Shown one piece after another: positions 53,604 to 64,000 of a stretch of DNA of 64,000 nt. The notes beneath the pieces were generated by a model, which saw only the letters and a program-made list of their open reading frames with translations, did no database searches and was not told the origin of the DNA. Position numbers and translations under genes: made by a program. Within the stretch, counting starts at the first letter, position 1. Every line of letters begins with the position of its first letter. The stretch covers positions 16,190,655 to 16,254,654 of the forward strand of contig NC_134033.1 of the NCBI RefSeq assembly GCF_964204645.1, given 5' to 3'. The DNA is from Tubulanus polymorphus (Eukaryota > Animalia > Nemertea).

Positions 53604-56132
53604 TTAGATGTCGCTGTAATCGGGGTCTACTCCCCAACACTCCAGTGGCCCCACCTGGTGGTAGCCTCGTTCAGCCTGTAAATTTTGTCCTTTATCTTCG
53701 GCCTGACCTGTTGTAATAAATTATAGAATACAGTGACATCATTCGAACGGACTATTCGACTTATAGCTAGAAGAAGGCGAAGCGTCAAAGTCCTCTTTTA
53801 ATTTTACTTCGTAATTATGGGTTTTTCTTCAATTGAATAAGACAGACATTGGGGAAGTCTTAATACTGCGAGGACAGTTACAATTAGGAATTTATTTGAT
53901 TCCAACCATTTCCATGGTATATATATTGAGGGAGACTATCAAAACTATATTTACAATACCACAGAAAACGTAATACTTTTCCTAATAAAACAAAGTAATT
54001 AACAATACATATCTTACACTATTTATAACGCATTACTATTGCAACGATCTATAATTCAAATTCAAATTCAGATCTCTTTCACGAATATAATAGCATATGT
54101 ATCTATAAACCACCGCCTAGCGGGAATCGGATGAACTAACCTGTATCTCCGGCACAGAAATGAGTCACCGGAAGATCTTCTTTGAACGTCAAATAACCGC
54201 CATCTTGTCTCCAATAAGCGTCGTTCATGTCGCAATTACAACTTTTGCGGTCGGTACAAGTTCCGTTCTGTCCGCAAGCGCAGCCTTCGAACGATCTGTC
54301 CGTCACGTCGCCCCAATATTTGAAGACCACGTCGTAACGGCCTTTCCAGTACGTCACTCGTAAATTCGGGTCTTTCTCCGACAGGAAACCGGTCATGTAG
54401 CATCTCCAGCCGACGAACTGGCGACAGTGCTCGGACTGGTCTAAAAGCGGGTACAGATTGTAGTATTGGTATCGTCTGGGAATCAGTTCGTCGTAGACAA
54501 TCTCTTTATCGTATTCGCACGATCCTTCGTAGCCACTGACGTACGTCCAATTCATAGAGTCGTGATCTTAATACAAAGTATTCACAGTTCAAATAATTAC
54601 TTAATATAATGGAAATTCCAGAGGGAAAGATACACTTTTGAACAAGTGATTACATGTATCGAAAAATATTGGGCCAATATTTCTCGAAATCCACACAGAA
54701 ACATTTTGTGAGGTTCTAATTAGCTTACGCACCAGGTGAGAGAAAACACTTACTGATAATCGTTACACCGACGCCCCCTCGTGACTGCATATCGCACCAA
54801 ACTCTAAACGACGGGTAATTCAGCGTGGGTCTGATGTTTACGTAGTTCGATTCGGTCATTCCACGCTGTTTCATTTCCGTGCATGTTTTTGCTGTAATAT
54901 TAGAAACCACGTATAAATATTCTGGGACGGGTACACACCGCGTGTATACTTCATAATACGTACGGTTTGGTAAACAGTTAAACGAGTTACAGTCGACGAC
55001 CTCGGTCGCATTACCCACACAGGGTAGAGTTAGATCACCGTACGTGTCCATATTACACGATCTGACTCGAGACTTTCTACCCGTATCACATGACTTACTG
55101 CACAGAGTAAACGGACCCCAATCCGACCAATCACCGGGCTCTGTTGCACAGAAATTTTTGAATGAATTAGAAAAAGAAGTATTAAGTGTCGTCTGAAAAA
55201 TATTTGTATGCCTCAATCGAATTCACATAGAAAACTGTTCAAGCTTAGCTCGATGTTAAAATCATGGCGTGCCATACTTTCCGTAACGCAAGCGACTAAC
55301 TGAAGTTAATAGACACGGTTGACGGCCATTTGACGGCCAATCTGACGAGCAATTCACGTTAAGTCTGTGAATGAGGTATATACGTAAGCTTGACTTTAAG
55401 ACGATCTAAAACCAGTTTTGTGGAACTGTTCTGTTTTCACGAAGAACTTACTGGGACAATCTCCGAGGAAACAGTCGATGGTATGGTCGCCGGAACCAGG
55501 GCAGGTTCGACCCCCGAATTGAGGCGGTTTACACAGCCTCGTGCGCGTACGCGTTCCGTTGCCGCACGTTCTACTGCAATCGGTAAATCCGCCCCACGAT
55601 TCCCAAACTCCGTCAACTGTAACGAATATGCGAAATAGATCAGCCTTAGAAAAAACAAATCAAAATATCGCGTTCGAGAATTAAAGATTTAGGTTAGAAA
55701 ATTGATACCTTGTTTCTTAATATCTACCGAGCATAAACGTTTACCCGGGCGCCCGCCTATCTGGCCTGTTATTACTCAAATCATGATAAAGCTGGCCTTA
55801 GCAACCCCGGCAGTTATCGTTTCATTTAAGCCTCAGACCTGGAAGTATTGTTTTACAAAATTGGCGCCGCCCCCCCCCCCCCCCCCGAAAGCCAGATCTC
55901 TCTAATTTCTAACTTCTTTTTAAAATGGAAAATTGTAAGGAGAAAATAGAAAATAAAAGATCTTTACCCGGGCAATTCAATTCGTTACAAACGGAGCTGT
56001 CTTCATCCGGACCGGTACAAGGATCACCGCCGTGCTGAGGTTTTCTGCAGTCCCGGGTTCGAATGCGTGTACCGCCGTTACAGGTCACTGTACACGTACC
56101 CCATTGCTGCCATTGCAACCAATACCCGTTGA
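53604..56132 (-). CDS. Protein with three TSP1 repeats and a C-terminal Caspr/neurexin-IV-type fibrinogen-like domain (5' exon not resolved)
   Basis: Exons: 56132-55968, 55616-55452 and 55140-54964 (TSP1 W..W..C..TC..G.R.R.R.C); 54891-54754 (KTCTEMKQRG..FRVWCDM); 54566-54141 (HDS..SEHCRQFVGWRC..YWG..CACG..C..CNCD..WRQDGGYLTFKEDLPVT..GDTG); 53707-53604 (VGPLECWG..stop). Confidence 0.85.
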
Positions 56133-57765
56133 CTATATACAAAAATATAAAACGGGAAATATCTCATAAATGCAGGTTTGACTATCTTTCTGTAACGACC
56201 TGAAATAGAACTCAAGGTTATAGCGCTGCAAGGCAAGGATTTCGAGCGATGAAAAAAAACTGGTTTTTTGTCAAAAGGATACGCGACAAGGGAAGGTTTC
56301 GTCGTGTGTAAAACGTTTTTCATGGTGGATATTTTCGTCGCAGGTGACGTCTCTCTCTGAAATACGACAGAAATACGTAATCAACTTACCATTTTAATTA
56401 ACGAGTCATCGTATTACTGACTAACGAATCCACATAAACACAGAATACTGAACAGTGATATTTAATTGAAGTCTGCTTTTGATAAATAATCAACGTAAGC
56501 TTACAAAACATCTAGTATCGCGTAGGTTCACTGATTTGTAGTCATCTTGGTTTTCTCAAGTTATATATACGTAAATCAAGAAAAAACTGACCTGATCGTC
56601 AATGTACTTCACTTCACTCTATCTGACAATCCCAAAGCGTCCAAAACTATCACAATCATCTCTCGTTTTCATAACGCGGAGCGAAACGGACGCTTTTTCG
56701 GGAAAGCAGTTCATTTTATACCAGCGACTGTGAAATAACTTCACGGAATTACGATGTTTGGTCTGTAATTAAACGGATGTTCTTCAGGCGATCACGCGAA
56801 CCATTCCTACAGTTATAAGCAGCCGATTAACGGTAAAATCGACAATTAGTGTTTTAATTATTCAACCTGATGATCCATCTATCAGACGCTGTGATAATTG
56901 ATTAACCCGTTGCCCCAGATCCTGAGTTGTGTTGTATCTGATGGAAATTTGCCCGGTGGTTAGGGTAACCCAATAACTATATCTTGTACGTAGTTTTTCG
57001 ATGACGAAACCTGCGCTTTTAGTGATCATTAACTGTCAACTGTTGGAGAGAGGGCGACAATATCTATTTAGAGGGCGAGCGGATGAGTTCACGGGACTCC
57101 GCTGTCAGTTGTGGTTTCACATTCACCAAGCCTGATCGGTCCCATGGTTGAGTGGAACCGGGTCCAAGAATCTTAGTTACACTAGGATCGTAGAGCGACT
57201 GGGTGGAGACAACCATGCTGCCTGGACTGGGTGAAGGTTTCACAACGCTGCATTCCAAGTGGTTTCACTCAATACGGTCCTGGTGACATAGTCTCTGAGT
57301 CTGGACAGGGCATCGGTATTCATGGGTTTCGACCCCGGGCGGTCCTGAAAGTTTTTGGTGAGTCAGCTCAGAATTATCGACTCAAGATTTCAACGATGGA
57401 AAATATATAGTCACAAATGGTTAATTTGCCAATGCAATGGCAAAAAGAGTAATTAGTAATGCATAGAATTCTCGTACTGTGGATCGGGTAGCAATAAACT
57501 AGTTCAGGAATTTGCCGCCAATGGTTAATACAGGGGCAGCACCTAACAGACAAAATTCGACACACATTGAGATTCTTACTGTGGCATGTGTATGAACCAA
57601 AATTCAATTTAATTTATTTCATTAAAAAGAAAAAGTTCGCGTAGGCCTATGCATTTGTAAAAAGATGGCAATTCAATTCATTGCATTAAGAAAGCGATTT
57701 CCGATCTGGTCGAAACTGTCTTTGCGCCTATTCTGACTGCGAATGCAGATGGCGCAGAATCGGAC

Positions 57766-57818
57766 TAGACTGGTTGCCTGTCCCATTCAATATCTGAATG
57801 GGACAGGCAACCAGTCTA
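57766..57818. repeat. Perfect 24-bp inverted repeat (5-nt loop)
   Basis: tagactggttgcctgtcccattca-atatc-tgaatgggacaggcaaccagtcta. Confidence 0.9.
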
Positions 57819-57996
57819 TGGATTCCTCGCGTCCTTGTGCGCACTTTCGACTTTTACCGTACTGCATCGAGTGGATGGAAGGAAGTGGATGGTTTCCGAC
57901 GGAAGAATCGTGTGATAATGTGGATTAACATGATAGTTTTAACGGATATTTTCTCGTGATAAAACGCCGGATTTAAACCGCATTTATTACCGAGCG

Positions 57997-60900
57997 ATGG
58001 ATCAACACAAACATCACCTAAAAACGAATCCACTCGAAAAAGCGAACTGGTTATCGAAACTTATATTTTGGTGAGTTGAAAAATTTCTGTCTCCGCTTTT
58101 TTTAACTGTGATGACTCAACCGGCTGTTTATTTTGAAGCCGGTGCTCCTGCTGAAACGAGACCAGGCTTCATCAGGGTCAGAGTCAGACAACAGTGAACT
58201 TGAGGGACAGCCACGCCAGTCCTAGTGTGCGCAGCTAGGGTCGGTTGGGGGATGGGGAGCGGTTGTTCCAATTGTTATGTAAGGTGGGCCTGGCTGCCTG
58301 GGCTGTGGTAATTTTTGCTCAATATGAAAAATAGGCATTTCCGGATCCATCTTAAGGGTTCATATCGAATTCATCGTAGGTAGAATTTGTGAAAACTCAT
58401 GATAGTTGAGAAGGAATCCAGGGACAAAACTGTTTTTCAATCCTCACGAGTAGAATCCTCAATCGCCCACAGTTAGTGCAGTACTGCTGGCTGTATGCGG
58501 GTCATTCCCTGAATTATGAGATATATCTCCGTCACTGGTAGTAATGATCTAGAATATATAAATCTGGGTCACCTGCCACAGCTGAATAAAAATACTCTCA
58601 GATTATTAATGAGGCTATCAAATAACAAATCAGAAAACCAATAATAGGCTAGGCTTATATCTAGGCCTACAGCTAAGTTTGTTGTAAACCTAAATATATA
58701 TAGGCCTATAGGCCTAGCCTATATCGGAAATTAATGATTTATTTCGATTGATTGATGATATAGATTATATTGTTAGTAAACATAGGCTACCTGACTCTAT
58801 GGAATCCTAATGCAACGTCAAATATTAGTAAATTTGTTCGCACCTAAAATGTAACTCATGAATCTCGTTGATGTCTTAGTGTCTCGTAGGTCTTACAGGG
58901 CTGGCTTATTCTAAGTTATATAAGGTGCCCGGCGCGTTATTAGATAAATATTTATAGGCCTGAGGTAGAAGTTTGGTTTTCTTCAATTGTCCAATAGGCA
59001 CGTGCATTTTAATCAAAACCTAACCATTTTAGGGCCTAGCTTAACATTCATCTCGGAGGGAAAAGGGGACAAATTGCTAAGTTACTATTGATGAAACACT
59101 CGGACCGAGTCTGTGTTTATAAGAGATTGCAAATTCCATAGTCCTAATGAGAAAAAAGACAAATCCAAATGTCACCTTGCGATAATAGTTAATTCAACAT
59201 TTGGAGTTTCCTTGATATTCCTGAAAATGACTATTAGAATTTCTGCAAACGAAGTCTCTTTGTTCTGGATGTCGTGGTTTTGTTATTAGGCCTATAAAAA
59301 AACCAAGAGTTATAATAAATTACTTCTTTTTATATTTCCTTCTTTCTGAAAATGGCTATTAAGATTTTAAGTCAAAACGTTGAATAAACTGCTTAACTAG
59401 TGCAAGGAATCTTTCAAACTCGCATTTCTTGCTTATTGCGCGATTTAATAACAATACAAAAATTTTGTGCGAAAACCTTTCGGCTTAATAGCCTAGGTGC
59501 GAATAGATTTTGAATTATGAGTACGGTAAATTTTGATCGATCGTAAGTTTCAAGCTAATGTAACATATTGTATTCAACACCGCTGCGTCGGTGCCCGGAT
59601 CGAGAATAGCTTGTCCCAGGTCCGCGTCAGATCGTAGAAATTATAGATACGCGCTGAATTAGCGTTCGTAACAGGTGCTGCCGCTGATAAAAAGTCCTCG
59701 TATTAAAAATCATCAGAATACGAGATGATCGGAAAAAAATGAGTCATTTGTCAAATACATGATATACCTACGTGTTAAACTAAACTGTTACTGATGAATT
59801 ATTCAGATTGAATTGAGGGAATTGGAACGGTGAGGGTAATCGAGGTCACGTGCTACTCGTATTTCAAACACTCACTCGACCTTACCCCCTATTGATTTCC
59901 AGTTGCACTTGAATAAACTTTTATCGATTTATATCTCTCTAACAACCTCGCTGAAATATTACCCAGCTCTGAGTTGTTTCGTTTGTTTTATTTGACTATA
60001 CCGCCCTAGCTGCCTCCCTAAATTACACCTATGACATTGTCGCATTATTTTCTGGGTATCGTTTTCATATCCAGAAGTTTTTCGTTTTCCAAAAGATTCC
60101 TCCTCTCGTTAAAATGCCTAAATGTATCGTCTCCTGAAAGAGATGGTTGCCTCCATTAATTCACCCTATGACATCATCAACCGTCTGACTGATTTTAACT
60201 GCTGACCCTGCGGTTACTAGAGATCACTAACTCCCACTAGAGATCACCATCAGGGAACTCCCACTAGAGATCACCATCAGGGCCCAGTTTCACGAAAGGT
60301 TTAAGCATAAAACGGTTGAATTTGAATTGTTGTTCTCATCGAAAACATGAAGTAACCAATGGCGATTACACCAAAAATTTGAGTTTAACTTTTTCGTGAA
60401 ACTGGGCCCAGGTGTGAAACAATTAGCTAGAAAAATAAGGGTTTTTTGTTTGAATTTTTGATCATTAAAATTCACATTCAAATCTTTTAGATTTTGTATA
60501 TGATGGGTTTTAAACTTGATATTATCTAAATATTGTTTTCGTCAGTGAGTACGCAGGCTATTGCACAATAAGCCTTATTGATTAGCGTTGTAATGCCCGG
60601 TTGTCTGTTTATCTCTGATCCGATACGTAATACCGTAATACTGTAACTGTATATATTTTGTAGGTGGATTAATCCGATATTTCGTATCGGATTCAAGCGC
60701 CGATTAGAACAGGATGATTTGTACAATATCACCGATGTGAATTCAGCGGTTTATAACGCCGATCTATTAGAAAGGTTAGTCGCTGTTTTGATACCGTCAT
60801 ACGAGACCATTTATATAATCTGAATATGGTGAATTTCCTTGTAGTTGCGTCAATAGTTTTCTAAATATGGTACAATTCCTAGTTGTGTCGAGGTAGTTTT

Positions 60901-63821
60901 CTAAATATGGTACAATTCCTTGTTGTGTCGACGTAGTTTTCTAAATATGGTACAATTCCTTGTTGTGTCGACGTAGTTTTCTAAATATGGTACAATTCCT
61001 TGTTGTGTCGAGATAGTTTTCTAAATATGGTACAATTCCTTGTAGTTGCGTCAATAGTTTTCTAAATATGGTACAATTCCTTGTTGTGTCGACGTAGTTT
61101 TCTAAATATGGTACAATTCCTTGTTGTGTCGACGTAGTTTTCTAAATATGGTACAATTCCTTGTTGTGTCGACGTAGTTTTCTAAATATGGTACAATTCC
61201 TTGTTGTGTCGAGATAGTTTTCTAAATATGGTACAATTCCTTGTAGTTGCGTCAATAGTTTTCTAAATATGGTAAAATTCCTAGTTGTGTCGAGGTAGTT
61301 TTCTAAATGACTTTGAATTAGTAAATTGAATCGGGTTTCAAAAATAGAGATGAACTTAAACGACTTAAAAACTCTTAGTTGATTGTATTTGAAACGATAT
61401 AAATGGAGATGTCTTCGCAGTAATGTGATGACTTATTCACTAGGTTCAGATTATAACGGGATACCGGCGAGGCTACTGTGGCGAGCGAGGATTCAGCGAT
61501 AATCCCGTCAGGATCACTAGTGGCACTGTGGGTTACCGCGCTTCAGTTTACGTTTCAGTTAAATTTGAGTCAACGTTTGATAAATCAGTGAAATTTTCAG
61601 TGAAATCTATACCATACGCTGAGTAACAATGCAGATCCTATATCTTATGCGATGACTCGTTAATTATTTTCGGGTTTAAAAGCCTGAAAATCCAAGTTCA
61701 AATTTAATTTCAAAAATACGCTGATTTTCACTTGGTGTTTTGTTGCGCCACCTGGTGGTGCGCCGGTATCCCATTACCGGAAAAGGCTCGTAAATTGAAA
61801 ATGTTCTTAACGAATTTGCTTCTTTTTTGCAGACAATGGAGGCAAGAAATGGCAAAAATAAAAGAAGGCAAATCGCCCAGTTTTATTCGGGCGATCATTC
61901 GAGCGTATGGGCCCAGTTATATGGTGTTCGGTATATTTGTATTCATCATCGTAAGTATTGTAAATTCAGCGGTGACTGATTATCAAATTCTCTATATTCA
62001 CAAACAATTATAATAGATACATTATATGAATTATATCGAGGCAGTTTCATGAAAAAGTTGAACATGAACGAAGCGTGTTTTTAAAAAAGAAAGCAGCATT
62101 CAGGATTTGAACCTGGGCTAGGGAGAAAAGAAATGAGATATAAAAAAATCATATTCGTGGGAAAAAAAACTTGCGTGCAATCTGAATGTTTTAAGGTTAC
62201 GATATGTGATTCAAAAAGAAATACAAATCTTAGACGCTTCATCAACATGTAGAATATCAAGGGTAAACAAAAATGATACCTTGTTTCTTCGCAGCGGCCG
62301 GTTCAGTTTTGTAAAATATAATAGAATTTGTAATCAGTTTATTTCTATAGCTGCTAGGTCTGTTACATGGTAAAATTGATCACGATTTAAGAAAAAGAGT
62401 AATGTACAGGGTAGATAGGCGACAGGGCGGGTCAACATTTAAGCTCAGCAGAGCGGAGAAACAAGGAATCAATTTGTTTTAGCTAAATCAATTAAGTTTG
62501 ATATTTCATGTGTTTTGGTTTTTGGTGATATTTTCAGGAGGCTGTGAAGATAATTCAACCGTTATTGATAATCGGATTGATCGGTTATTTCTCGGGTAAC
62601 GTCACCGAGACTCAGGCGTATTTATACGCTATGGGTATCAGTTTGTGCGCTCTGTTCCTCGCCACGGTTCAACACTCATATTTTCAAGGCGTGATGTCAC
62701 TGGGAATGAGAGTGAGGGTTTCCTGTTGTGCTCTAATGTATAGAAAGGTAAGATTAAGTGAAAAGTAAGGCGAATGAGGATAAGTTTCCTCAGTTAAGGT
62801 TCCGGTTCCACTATTCTGGGCACACTTCTAAACCCATTTCCACAGTTCGGTTGCTAGTTCTACAGTTCAGGTCCTGGTTATACAACATTCTGGCTGGACC
62901 CAGTTGTACAGTTCTTGTAAAGTTTTCAGCATTTTAACTCTCAGGTCAGGCTTTAAACCGACAACTGGGAAACTGGCTCCATAGTCTTAAATCCTAAGAC
63001 TGGTCTTAAGTTGTTAGATTGGCTATAGAACTAAGTTGGTCTTAGAACGGTCTTAAATCTAAGCGCTGACAATGGAACCGTCCCCAGGATCTTGGATCCA
63101 GTTCCGCAGTTGTGAATTGGAAAATTCAGTTCAATTTCAATATTTTAATATCGTATTCAACTCCAAACCGTGTAAACTTGATCCGAAGGATAGAACTTCG
63201 TCGTCTCTGAGAGTTGAGGTGCGGTCGATATTAATGCGTGATATTTATGTTTCAGGCTCTGAGATTGAGTAACACTTCCCTGAATAAAACCACAGTTGGA
63301 CAAATAGTCAATCTCATGTCTAATGACGTATCTAGATTCGATATTGTAAGTAATTCTCGATATTATTAGAAATTCGATTATACAACAGGGTTCATACAGA
63401 TTGCAGGCAATTATTTGAATATAGGAATTTGAATTTCTGGTGTCTTGTTGTTCTTGCTGGTTACGAGTGACACAAGGAACCTCTTGACAAGAAACAGCCC
63501 CCATTTTGTATATTTTATGATCTAATCAGGAAACTTTTGGTCAATAGTCGGGGGAAATCAGGGATTTTGATTGCTTGATCTGTAAGAACCCCGATTAAAT
63601 GAAATCGGTGAATTCGAAATTAGAGGATATAATTTTATTTGCGTCGGTATTTTGTAGGCTGTGATATTTTGTCATTATCTATGGCTCGGCCCGATCCAGG
63701 CTGTCACTGTTCTAGCGTTACTGTGGTATAATCTGGGACCGTCGTGTTTAGCCGGTTTCGCCGTTTTGATACTTCTAGTCCCGCTGCAGAGTTATATGGG
63801 AAAGTTATTCGCCATGCTCAG
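57997..63821 (+). CDS. ABCC4: ABC transporter C family member 4 (MRP4), 5' part; continues beyond window
   Basis: Exons 57997-58070, 60664-60774, 61833-61950, 62538-62747, 63256-63345 and 63658-63821: [86 protein letters not shown]. No TMD0. Confidence 0.93.
60830..61308. repeat. 40/41-bp minisatellite, ~12 copies
   Basis: tagttttctaaatatggtacaattccttgttgtgtcgacg and variants, in ABCC4 intron 2. Confidence 0.95.
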
Positions 63822-63839
63822 GTACGTCTCATATGTGTA

Positions 63840-64000
63840 TCTCACCTTTCCTTTACTTCCCTCTCATTCTCATCTTCGGCTACCTCCTCTCCTCTTCCCT
63901 ATCTCGCCTACCTTTTTCCCTGCCCCCCCCTCTCCTCTCTTACAGCTCCTCTCATCCCCTGCCTCCTCTTTCTCCACTTCACTCTCTCCCATTCTCTCCC
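63840..64000. repeat. CT-rich low-complexity tract
   Basis: Pyrimidine-rich run to the window end. Confidence 0.85.

Noticed and set aside
58135-58177. Minus-strand CUGAUGA hammerhead candidate
   Set aside because: No GAAA box follows the possible helix II.
60830-61308. CRISPR-like or ribozyme array
   Set aside because: The variable part has only about four recurring variants, and I found no CUGANGA/GAAA core on either strand.

Overview
AT-rich, intron-rich animal genomic DNA. It is probably a lophotrochozoan invertebrate (inferred from gene content, not verifiable here). Eight protein genes were reconstructed by hand from GT-AG sites and reading frames: (1) a secreted vWA/FN2 mosaic protein (-, runs off the left edge); (2) an intronless LicD/fukutin-related transferase (-); (3) an intronless rhodopsin-class peptide-type GPCR (+); (4) a Golden goal/THSD1-like receptor (-); (5) YIPF6 (+); (6) a DEG/ENaC channel (-); (7) a TSP1x3 + Caspr-type fibrinogen-like protein (-); (8) the 5' part of ABCC4/MRP4 (+). 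Introns hold many palindromic MITEs, minisatellites, a (CTG)68 tract and tRNA-like SINE heads. The most striking feature is the array at about 8646-9428, which looks like a plain minisatellite. Each 61-71 bp unit contains a minimal type I hammerhead ribozyme motif of the Penelope-associated kind (12 copies), and the array is bracketed by about 60-bp inverted repeats. Decayed copies of the same module and a second hammerhead family occur elsewhere in the window. All coordinates were counted manually and may be off by a few bases.
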